Below, piece after piece: positions 1-7,458 of a stretch of 32,000 nt of DNA. A model generated the notes under the pieces. The model was given only the letters and a program-made list of their open reading frames with translations. It had not been told where the DNA came from and ran no database searches. The translations under genes and the position numbers were made by a program. The DNA lies in assembly GCA_964577555.1 (NCBI GenBank), contig CAZNZM010000001.1, positions 1-32,000 on the forward strand, in the 5' to 3' direction. The DNA is from an uncultured archaeon (GTDB taxonomy: Archaea > Iainarchaeota > Iainarchaeia > Iainarchaeales > Iainarchaeaceae). Each line of letters begins with the position of its first letter. Within the stretch, counting starts at the first letter, position 1.

Positions 1-450
1 TAAAAAAAAATACAAGCAGTTTAACAACAACTTTAAGACTCAAATAGCAAAAAAACAAAATTTCAAACAAAAAAACCGAGCCAGAAAAAAACAAAATTTT
101 ATGGGAAAAAAATGGCTCAACAAAAACAAAATTAATTTTAAAAAAAATTAAAAAAAATAAAAAAAGTCTAAAAAAAACAAATTCACAAAAAAAATTGCCC
201 CGCAAAAAAATAATACAAAAAAAACAACAAAAAAATTACCAAAAAAAACAAAATTGGCTCGCAAAAAAAATAAATTAAACAAAAAAACATGACAACAAAA
301 ATAAAAAAAATAAAAAGGCTCGCCAAACAAAAATAAACACAAAAAAAACAAACAAAAAATAAATGGTTTGCAAAAAAAACATCAAAAAAACGCTTTGTAA
401 ACTTTGTAAAATTTCTTCTTTGCAAATAAAAAAATTTGGTTTTATTAAAA
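1..450. repeat. Extreme A-rich (plus strand) low-complexity tract with degenerate ~50-60 nt tandem units marked by GGCTCGC-like islands
   Basis: GC islands CCGAGCC 76-82, GGCTCA 114-119, GCCCCGC 197-203, GGCTCGC 256-262, GGCTCGCC 317-324 and GGTTTGC 365-371, each followed by an A7-8 run. 44 of 60 nt are A in 121-180. Only poly-Phe antisense ORFs. Confidence 0.6.
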
Positions 451-728
451 ATTGGGATTTGACATCGTGGTAAAAATATTTTTTATTTTTAAACTATGGC
501 TTGCTTCTCTTGTCAAAAAAATTTCTGTTTTGGCTTTTTTTCATAAAATTTCGGCTTTATAAACCGCGGAGCCGCATTTGACAAAAAACCGGGTTTTCTT
601 CAAAGGGCTTTTTGAGAAAGCTTTTTAAAGCCTCTTATATATTAGAGTTTAAGACGGAAAGAAGAGGCGGATTGCTTTTTTTCTTTTTGTCTAAGCGTGT
701 AAACTGTATTCCAAGTAAACTTCTTGGG

Positions 729-736
729 ATATAAAT
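729..736 (+). promoter_or_regulatory. Candidate archaeal TATA box for the rpl3 operon (assignment uncertain)
   Basis: ATATAAAT about 90 nt upstream of the rpl3 ATG. Competing TATA-like words sit at 556-563 (TTTATAAA) and 634-643 (CTTATATATT). Confidence 0.2.
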
Positions 737-825
737 GCACAAAACGCCTTATTATTGCAATTTTGCTTGCAGGGTTTTTTGCATTTTGTTTTATTATTTG
801 GGTTGGATTTTTAGGTTGGATTTGA

Positions 826-1860
826 ATGGGTGCAGGTAAACCGCGTTCTGGTAGCCTTGGTTTTTATCCAAGGGTTAGAGCAGCTAAGCATCTTGCTGTT
901 TTTTCTACTTATCCGAATATTGAAGGAATGGGAGCAAAGCCGTTGAATTTTGTTGGCTATAAAGTTGGCATGGCGCCTGTTTTTGGGAAAAATTCACATG
1001 ACAAGAGTCCTGGTTTTGGGCTTGAAACCCTTATTGGCTCTACTGTTATTGAGTGTCCGCCTGTCAAGGTGATTGGTTGTCGTGTTTATGGAAAGGAGCA
1101 TTATGGCAAGAAGGCTCTTGGAGAGGCGACTGTTGAAAAGGCTGGTAAATATTTGAAAAGGAAAATCAAGGCGTTTAAGCAAAAAGGTAAAAAGTCTAAA
1201 GAAGAAAAAAAGTATGTTTCTATTGAGGATCTTGAAAATTTGAAGGACAAGGCGGTTGATGTTGTTTTGATTTGTGAAACCCAGCCAAGTCTTACTGGCA
1301 TTGGAAAGAAGAAGCCTGATGTTTTTGAAATGCATCTTTCTGGTTCTGTTGAGGAGAAATTTGCTTTTGCAAAAGGCAAATTTGGAAAGGAATTGAAGGT
1401 TTCGGATGTTTTTGTTGCAACTGATTTTGTTGATGTAAAGGCTGTTGATAAGGGAAAGGGTTTTCAGGGTGTTGTCAAGAGGTTTGGGGTTAAAGTTCAT
1501 AGGCCAAAGTCAAAAACCAGGAGAATTGTTGGTTCGATTGGTCCTTGGCATCCGCCTACTGTAATGTGGACTGTTCCTCGTGCGGGACAAATGGGTTATC
1601 AGACAAGAACCGAGTTGAACAAGAGGGTTCTTGCTGTGGAAAGCAAGCCTGAGCTTGTGAATCCTAAAAGTGGTTTTACTAATTATGGGGTTGTGAGGAA
1701 TGATTATGTTGTTTTGGCTGGTTCGGTGCCTGGTTCTCTGAAAAGACCTGTTTCTTTGAGGCATGCTATAAGAAAGCATGATGAGAATTTGCAAAAGTAT
1801 GTTGATATAAAATTGCCTAATGTTGTTGGTTATTCTGAAACCAAGGTGAAATCCGGATGA
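826..1860 (+). CDS. rpl3: 50S ribosomal protein L3 (uL3)
   Basis: 344-aa ORF with MGAGKPRSGSLGFYPRVRA N-terminus and WHPPTVMWTVPRAGQMGYQTRTE motif. First gene of the canonical L3-L4-L23-L2 order. Confidence 0.95.
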   Translation: MGAGKPRSGSLGFYPRVRAAKHLAVFSTYPNIEGMGAKPLNFVGYKVGMAPVFGKNSHDKSPGFGLETLIGSTVIECPPVKVIGCRVYGKEHYGKKALGEATVEKAGKYLKRKIKAFKQKGKKSKEEKKYVSIEDLENLKDKAVDVVLICETQPSLTGIGKKKPDVFEMHLSGSVEEKFAFAKGKFGKELKVSDVFVATDFVDVKAVDKGKGFQGVVKRFGVKVHRPKSKTRRIVGSIGPWHPPTVMWTVPRAGQMGYQTRTELNKRVLAVESKPELVNPKSGFTNYGVVRNDYVVLAGSVPGSLKRPVSLRHAIRKHDENLQKYVDIKLPNVVGYSETKVKSG

Positions 1861-2666
1861 AAGCGCAAATAGTTTCTGTTGATGGTGTAAAGGTTTCTGA
1901 CATTGAGTTGCCCAGCCAATTCAAGGCAAGAATTGATGAGAATCTTATTAAAAGGGCTGTTCAGGCTATTCGGAGTGCGGGTGTTCAAGTCAAGTATCCT
2001 TATATTTATTCTGGCAGATATAACACTGCCGCTTATGTTGGTTTCAGGGGCAAACCTGCACAATACAGGTCAATAAATATTGAGAGGGCCAGAAAGCCAA
2101 AACTTAAAAATAGAAGGGGTCTTGCTTCAGGGCAAGTGGCAAGTATTCCTGCTGTTGTTAAAGGCCCAAAGGCTCATCCGCCAAAAAAGGAAAAGATTTG
2201 GGCGGAAAAGATAAACAAGAAGGAGAAAAGAAAGGCAACTGTTTCAGCTATTGCCGCGACTGCGGATGCTGAACTTGTTAGAAAAAGAGGGCATTTTTTG
2301 CCAAAAAATTTGCAATTGCCTATTGTTGTTGAACAAAAGTTTGAGGATATTGAAAAGACGAAGAATGTTGTCAAGTCGCTTGAAGCAATAGGTGTTTTTG
2401 CAGATGTGGAAAGGGCGAAAGCCAAGAGGAAAATAAGGGCTGGAAAAGGCAAGAAGCGAGGAAGAAGATATAAGATTAGAAAAAGTCTTCTTATTGTTGC
2501 AAAATCTTCTGGAAAAATTTCTAAGGCATGCCGAAATATTCCTGGCGTGGATATTGTGAGCGTGAAAGATCTTAATGCTGATGTTCTTGCTCCTGGCGGA
2601 GTTCCTGGAAGGCTTACTGTGTGGACTGAAGGAGCTGTAAGGGAATTGGCTGGCAAACAGGCGTGA
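1857..2666 (+). CDS. rpl4: 50S ribosomal protein L4 (uL4)
   Basis: ATG overlaps the rpl3 stop (ATGA). 269 aa with a PGGVPGRLTVWTEGA C-terminal motif, in the conserved position. Confidence 0.93.
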   Translation: MKAQIVSVDGVKVSDIELPSQFKARIDENLIKRAVQAIRSAGVQVKYPYIYSGRYNTAAYVGFRGKPAQYRSINIERARKPKLKNRRGLASGQVASIPAVVKGPKAHPPKKEKIWAEKINKKEKRKATVSAIAATADAELVRKRGHFLPKNLQLPIVVEQKFEDIEKTKNVVKSLEAIGVFADVERAKAKRKIRAGKGKKRGRRYKIRKSLLIVAKSSGKISKACRNIPGVDIVSVKDLNADVLAPGGVPGRLTVWTEGAVRELAGKQA

Positions 2667-2672
2667 TTTTTT

Positions 2673-3122
2673 ATGGTTGAAGAAAAAAAAGTGAAAGCAG
2701 TGAAGAAGGAAAAGGTTGTGAGAGTGAAAGAAAAAAGCGATAAGCAAGTTGCTGAGGTTAAGAAGCCTGTTTCAAAGCCTGTTGAGAAATTAGAAGAAAA
2801 AAAACAAGTTGTTGGCGAGGCGCAAGTTTCTGGCGAAAGCGAGAAAGATATTGAGCAAAAAATGAATGAAATGGGTTTGATTAAGCATGCTCTTATAACT
2901 GAAAAATCTGTTAACATGATTGATGCGGAAAATAAAATTGTTTTTATAGTGGATTCAAATGCGAACAAGATAAAGACAAAGAAGGCTGTTGAAGACCTTT
3001 ACAAAGTCAAAGTCAAAAAAGTCAATATAATAAGGGATCAAAAAGGCAGAAAAAAGGCCATTGTAAGCATTGATAAAAAATTCAAGGCTGGAGATGTTGC
3101 TACAAAATTGGGAGTTGTGTAA
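2673..3122 (+). CDS. rpl23: 50S ribosomal protein L23 (uL23) with 63-aa K/E-rich N-terminal extension
   Basis: The last ~86 aa (MNEMGLIKHALITEKS...KAGDVATKLGVV) are canonical uL23. The frame stays open upstream to ATG 2673, which follows the GTGATTTTTT RBS cassette. Confidence 0.9.
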   Translation: MVEEKKVKAVKKEKVVRVKEKSDKQVAEVKKPVSKPVEKLEEKKQVVGEAQVSGESEKDIEQKMNEMGLIKHALITEKSVNMIDAENKIVFIVDSNANKIKTKKAVEDLYKVKVKKVNIIRDQKGRKKAIVSIDKKFKAGDVATKLGVV

Positions 3123-3845
3123 ATGCCTAAAAGACTGAAAACGCAAGCAAGGGGTAAGGGCGGACCGGTTTGGGTTGCAACTACTAGGGGTACGGCTGTT
3201 TCAAGGTATGCCAATTTTGACGCCGATTCTGAAGAAGTCATTAAAGGCGAGGTTGTAGAGCTTTTGAATGATAGTGCAAGAACCGGGGTGCTTGCAAGAA
3301 TTGTTTTGGATAATGGTGGTGAAGAATATATAATTGCGGCTGAAGGTCTTAAAGTTGGGCAAAGAATAGAGCATGGGAAAAATGCTGGTATTGAAATAGG
3401 AAACGTTAAAACTCTTGGCAGTTGCATAGAAGGTTGTCCTGTTTTCAATATTGAAAAATATCCTGGAGATGGCGGGTCAATGGTTAGAAGTTCTGGGGCG
3501 TACGCGTTAATACTTTCAAAAGACAACAAGTCAGTGTTTGTAAAGATGCCGTCTGGAAAAATAGTCCAATTTGAACCTAGTGTTAGGGCTACTATTGGCA
3601 TGGCTGGTTGTGGTGGCAGAACTGACAAGCCTTTTATTAAAGCAGGCAATAAATTGATTGCAATGAAGAGAAGGCATAAAAAATATCCAATAGTTAGAGG
3701 TATTGCAAAGAATGCAAAGGATCATCCTTTTGGCGGTGGTAATCATCATCCCGGAAAATCAAAATCAACTTCTCGTGGAGCACCGCCTGGCAGAAAAGTC
3801 GGGGACATTGCTTCAAGAAGAACAGGGAGGGTCAAAAAGAATTAA
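3123..3845 (+). CDS. rpl2: 50S ribosomal protein L2 (uL2)
   Basis: 240 aa with GRTDKPFIKAGNK and HPFGGGNHHPGKSKSTSRGAPPGRKVG signature. Starts right after the rpl23 stop. Confidence 0.95.
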   Translation: MPKRLKTQARGKGGPVWVATTRGTAVSRYANFDADSEEVIKGEVVELLNDSARTGVLARIVLDNGGEEYIIAAEGLKVGQRIEHGKNAGIEIGNVKTLGSCIEGCPVFNIEKYPGDGGSMVRSSGAYALILSKDNKSVFVKMPSGKIVQFEPSVRATIGMAGCGGRTDKPFIKAGNKLIAMKRRHKKYPIVRGIAKNAKDHPFGGGNHHPGKSKSTSRGAPPGRKVGDIASRRTGRVKKN

Positions 3846-3866
3846 TTTTTTGGCAGAGGTTTTTTT

Positions 3867-4283
3867 ATGGCGAGAAAAGAATTCACTTACAGGGGAAAAA
3901 CACTTGAAGAACTCAAAAAAATGAGCGTTGAAGATTTTGCAAAAATTTGCACTGCAAGGGTGAGAAGAAGTATAACAAGGCAAGCCAAGACAAAACCTTT
4001 TGTCCACATTATGAAAAAGATAAAAAAATATTTGGAAGCTTATAAAGGCGGCAAACAACCAAAGCCAATCAGGACCCATTGGAGAGACTTGGTGATTTTT
4101 CCGAATATGATTGGAGTGGCTTTTGCAGTTCATAACGGAAAAGAATTCAATCAGGTAAATGTGAATGAAAAAATGCTTGGTCATTATTTGGGTGAATTTG
4201 CGCTTACCAGAAAGAAGCTTACACATGGAAAAGCTGGAATCGGAGCTACAAAGAGCTCAACAGCAATAGCTGCAAGGAAATGA
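3867..4283 (+). CDS. rps19: 30S ribosomal protein S19 (uS19)
   Basis: 138 aa with NGKEFNQVNVNEKMLGHYLGEFALTRK motif. GAGGT lies 8 nt upstream of the ATG. Confidence 0.95.
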   Translation: MARKEFTYRGKTLEELKKMSVEDFAKICTARVRRSITRQAKTKPFVHIMKKIKKYLEAYKGGKQPKPIRTHWRDLVIFPNMIGVAFAVHNGKEFNQVNVNEKMLGHYLGEFALTRKKLTHGKAGIGATKSSTAIAARK

Positions 4284-4759
4284 TTGATATGGTGAAGAAA
4301 AATCTGCAAATACAAAAATTTAATTCGAAAAAAACTGCTTGCGCTGTTGTGAAGAACAAGCCTGTTTCGTTAAAGTATGTATTAGAAGCGGCTAGGATTA
4401 TAAAAGGGAAAAGAGTGGATGACGCAATTGATTATTTGAAAAGGGTGGAGTCTATGCGTGAACATCTTCCTTTGAGGGTTTATCGTGGAAAAGTTGCGCA
4501 TAGAAAAGGCGAGGCAAAAAATTATACTAAAGCTGGGCGTTATCCTGTCAAAGTTGCTAAAGCTTTGATTGAACTTTTGGAACTTGCGAAATCTAATGCT
4601 GATTTTAAGGGACTTGACTCTGAAAATCTTCTTATTATGCATATGTTTGCTTCACAAGGTTTTAGAAGGGCTTCTTATCAAACGCATGGAAGAATTTCTG
4701 GGAAAAGAAGGCTTAGAAAATCTTGCCATATAGAAGTTGTTGTGATGGAGGCGAGGTAA
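4280..4759 (+). CDS. rpl22: 50S ribosomal protein L22 (uL22)
   Basis: 159 aa in the conserved position. ATG 4280 overlaps the rps19 stop (ATGA); ATG 4289 is an alternative start. Confidence 0.92.
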   Translation: MIDMVKKNLQIQKFNSKKTACAVVKNKPVSLKYVLEAARIIKGKRVDDAIDYLKRVESMREHLPLRVYRGKVAHRKGEAKNYTKAGRYPVKVAKALIELLELAKSNADFKGLDSENLLIMHMFASQGFRRASYQTHGRISGKRRLRKSCHIEVVVMEAR

Positions 4760-4760
4760 T

Positions 4761-5594
4761 TTGATTGAAAAGACGTTTGTAATTCAGGGAATAAAGAAGC
4801 TTGAAATAGATGATTACTTGGCAAAGGAATTGGACAAAGCTGGTTTTACAAAGTCTGAAATAATGAAAACCCCTTTGGTTACAAGGATTGTGGTAAATGT
4901 TACGAGGCCCGGGCTTGCAATCGGAAAGAGTGGAAGCAATATACAAACGCTTACAGAAACAATTGCAAAAAAATTCGGAATTGACAATCCGCAGTTGGAA
5001 ATAAGGGAAATACAAAATGCTGAACTTGACGCACAAGCTGTTGCAAATAAGATAAAGGCGCTTATTGAAAAAGGTTTTTCTTGGAGAAGTGTTGTTTTCA
5101 AGTCTTTGCAGGATGTAAAGAAGGCCGGAGCCCAAGGCGTTGAAATAATTGTAAGTGGTAAAATTACTGGAAAAGCTGGAAGAAAGAAAAAAATGAGGTT
5201 TGCAGATGGGTATATGAAAAAAATTGGAGAGCAGGCAAGATTGGTGGATTATGGCGCGGCATCTGCTTATCCGAAAGTTGGTGCTATAGGAATAAAAGTC
5301 AGGATTGTAAAGCCGAACACTATTTTCCAAGACAAGTTAAAGATAGAGGATTATATCAAGAAAAAAGAGCAAAACGATTCTGTTGAACCAAAGCAGGAAG
5401 CTGAATCATCCGGAAAAGAACAAAAAGATGAAAATGCGAAGCCTGAAAGCGAAAGAAAAGAGTCTGAAAATACAAAGCCTGAAGAAAAAGAAAAAAAGAA
5501 GGTTAAAAACAAGGAGAATGTGAAAAGAAATGGCGCTGAAACAATTTCAAAGACCGAAACCGATGAAATAAAGCATGAGGTGGCAAAGCAATGA
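4761..5594 (+). CDS. rps3: 30S ribosomal protein S3 (uS3) with K/E-rich C-terminal tail
   Basis: TTG start with no in-frame ATG upstream and GAGGTAA just before it. KH-domain core (GLAIGKSGSNIQTL) followed by a ~75-aa charged tail. Confidence 0.93.
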   Translation: MIEKTFVIQGIKKLEIDDYLAKELDKAGFTKSEIMKTPLVTRIVVNVTRPGLAIGKSGSNIQTLTETIAKKFGIDNPQLEIREIQNAELDAQAVANKIKALIEKGFSWRSVVFKSLQDVKKAGAQGVEIIVSGKITGKAGRKKKMRFADGYMKKIGEQARLVDYGAASAYPKVGAIGIKVRIVKPNTIFQDKLKIEDYIKKKEQNDSVEPKQEAESSGKEQKDENAKPESERKESENTKPEEKEKKKVKNKENVKRNGAETISKTETDEIKHEVAKQ

Positions 5595-5806
5595 GCAGAA
5601 AGAAACTTGCGCCGATTAGGGACAAGTCAATAGGGGAAATTGAAGCTGAAATAATTCAATTGCAGAGCGAGCTTTCAAAGGAAAAGGCTTCTGTTGCTTC
5701 TGGCACAAGGGCGGAAAAGCCTTCAAAAATAAGAAATGCGAGGAGGAAAATAGCAAGATTGCTTACGATAATTAATGAAAAAAGAAAAGGGGTGAGCAAG
5801 AAATAA
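5591..5806 (+). CDS. rpl29: 50S ribosomal protein L29 (uL29)
   Basis: 71 aa. ATG overlaps the rps3 stop (ATGA). Coiled-coil uL29 pattern (EIEAEIIQLQSELSKEKA ... IRNARRKIARLLTI). Confidence 0.93.
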   Translation: MSRKKLAPIRDKSIGEIEAEIIQLQSELSKEKASVASGTRAEKPSKIRNARRKIARLLTIINEKRKGVSKK

Positions 5807-6108
5807 TGGTTGAAATAGATAAGGTAACTGGGTTGCCAAAGGATTTGCTTGATTTTGGGGACATAAAAAAGGAAACCCAAAAAATCAAAATAAGGGAAAT
5901 GCAAAGAAGGTTTGGCAAATTCGTTACTGTCCTGACAGGTTTGGATGATGCTGAGGAAGCAAAAAGGCTTGAAAAGGAAATGAAAACAAAGCTTGCTTGT
6001 GGCGGCACTGTGAAAGGCACGGAAATTGTTTTGCAGGGCAAGCATCAAAAAAAAGTAAAAGAGATTTTGTTGAAAAACGGATACAAAGAGGAATTGATTG
6101 ATGCTTAA
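5806..6108 (+). CDS. Translation initiation factor aIF1 (SUI1 family)
   Basis: 100 aa with QKIKIREMQRRFGKFVTVLTGL ... LACGGTVKGTEIVLQGKHQKKV, a SUI1 fold signature. Usual archaeal position between rpl29 and the RNase P subunit. Confidence 0.9.
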   Translation: MVEIDKVTGLPKDLLDFGDIKKETQKIKIREMQRRFGKFVTVLTGLDDAEEAKRLEKEMKTKLACGGTVKGTEIVLQGKHQKKVKEILLKNGYKEELIDA

Positions 6109-6388
6109 AGGAAAAATGTATTGCATTAACGGTGAAAATATTATGGCGCATGAAATGATTGGATTGGAAGTAAGGGCTTTTTATGGCGTGAAAGAATTGG
6201 TTTCTGGAGTCATAATTGATGAAACTAAAAATACTTTCAAAATAGAGAACCATAAAGGCTTGGAAAAAATCGTCCCAAAAAAAGGCAATGTTTTCGAGTT
6301 TGTAATTGGAAATAAAAAGGTTGTTGTGGAGGGAAAAAATATATTGTATTCTCCAGCAGCCAGGTTGAAGGCACTTTGGAGGAATTGA
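6098..6388 (+). CDS. rnp1: RNase P protein component 1 (Rpp29/Pop4)
   Basis: [11 protein letters not shown]...[14 protein letters not shown]...[11 protein letters not shown] matches the Rpp29 Sm-like core and the position is conserved. Start is ambiguous (6098, 6116 or 6143). Confidence 0.8.
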   Translation: MMLKGKMYCINGENIMAHEMIGLEVRAFYGVKELVSGVIIDETKNTFKIENHKGLEKIVPKKGNVFEFVIGNKKVVVEGKNILYSPAARLKALWRN

Positions 6389-6389
6389 A

Positions 6390-6674
6390 GTGGAGAAAAA
6401 AAGCAAGGACGCGGGTTTGAGTATAAGGGGTTCGATGCTTACTGGCAAGGTTGTTAGCACAAAAATGCCTAAAACGGTTGTAGTTGAAAGAACCATTGTA
6501 AGGTATGTGCCAAAGTATGAGCGGTACAAAAAAATAAAGTCAAAGATAAAAGCCCATAATCCTGATAATGTTAAAGCAAGGGAAGGGGACTTTGTAAGAA
6601 TTGCTGAGACAAGAAAACTCAGCAAAACCAAAAATTTTGTGGTTGTTGAAATTATTAAGAGGGGAAAGAAATGA
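6390..6674 (+). CDS. rps17: 30S ribosomal protein S17 (uS17)
   Basis: GTG start. [30 protein letters not shown] and [18 protein letters not shown] motifs. Confidence 0.9.
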   Translation: MEKKSKDAGLSIRGSMLTGKVVSTKMPKTVVVERTIVRYVPKYERYKKIKSKIKAHNPDNVKAREGDFVRIAETRKLSKTKNFVVVEIIKRGKK

Positions 6675-7069
6675 AAGGGATTACTGCAAATGTTGTCAGG
6701 TCGCTTGGACATGGAAGCATATGCACTTGTGCCGACAACTCTGGAGCGAAAGAAGTTAAGATAATTACAGTTTACAAGTACAAATCCGTAAAGAACAGGC
6801 AGCCTAGGGGCGGCATTGCAGACATGGTTAATGTGGTGGTTAAAAAAGGAAAACCTGAAATGAGAAAAAAAGTAGAGAAAGCTGTTATTGTGAGGGTAAA
6901 AAAAGAGTACCGTAGACCTGATGGAACTAGAATAAAATTCGAGGACAATGCAGTGGTTTTGGTTGATGAAAAAGGCATGCCAAAAGGCTCGGAAGTAAAA
7001 GGAGTTGTTGCAAAAGAAGTTGGGGAAAGATTTCCAAAAATTGCCGGAATAAGCTCGGGGGTAGTGTGA
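6671..7069 (+). CDS. rpl14: 50S ribosomal protein L14 (uL14)
   Basis: 132 aa with [15 protein letters not shown] motif. ATG overlaps the rps17 stop. Confidence 0.95.
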   Translation: MKGITANVVRSLGHGSICTCADNSGAKEVKIITVYKYKSVKNRQPRGGIADMVNVVVKKGKPEMRKKVEKAVIVRVKKEYRRPDGTRIKFEDNAVVLVDEKGMPKGSEVKGVVAKEVGERFPKIAGISSGVV

Positions 7070-7453
7070 ATGAAATTTGGAAGCTCAAAACCTTCTAAAA
7101 AAAGAGCAAGGTATTATGGCAAGCCATTGCATAAAATAGGCAATGATTTTAGCGTACATCTTTCAAAGGAGCTTAGGACTCAATTGAAGCGAAGAAACCT
7201 TGAATGCCGCAAAGGCGACACGGTAAAAATTGTGAGAGGTGGAAAACAATTCATTGGCAAGCAGGGTAAAATTGTGGAAATAAGGAGAAAAAAGAGGCAA
7301 GTGCTTATTGAAGGGATTGTTAGAAAAAAATCAAACGGACAGGAAGTTCTTGTACCTTTCAGGCCAAGCAATTTAATAATTGTAGGGATTGATGACAAGG
7401 ATTCAAGAAGATTCAAAGCAAAGAAAAAAGACGAAGCAAAAGGAGCAAAGTGA
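7070..7453 (+). CDS. rpl24: 50S ribosomal protein L24 (uL24)
   Basis: KOW motif KGDTVKIVRGGKQFIGKQGKIVEI. Starts immediately after the rpl14 stop. Confidence 0.93.
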   Translation: MKFGSSKPSKKRARYYGKPLHKIGNDFSVHLSKELRTQLKRRNLECRKGDTVKIVRGGKQFIGKQGKIVEIRRKKRQVLIEGIVRKKSNGQEVLVPFRPSNLIIVGIDDKDSRRFKAKKKDEAKGAK

Positions 7454-7458
7454 TTTTG

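Noticed and set aside
148-425. Two minus-strand ORFs (67 and 80 aa) made almost entirely of Phe/Leu/Cys
   Set aside because: They are simply the translation of poly-T (the complement of the A-rich array). They have no SD and no start context, and their composition is not protein-like.
1-450. CRISPR array interpretation of the repeated GGCTCGC units
   Set aside because: There is no conserved 25-40 nt direct repeat and no unique spacers. The units are degenerate, of variable length and compositionally uniform, and no cas genes are present in the window.
1-825. Calling the region a replication origin outright
   Set aside because: I could not find ORB or mini-ORB-like elements (e.g. a TTCCAGTGGAAAC-type consensus) or an adjacent orc1/cdc6. 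I kept it only as one hypothesis in the finding.
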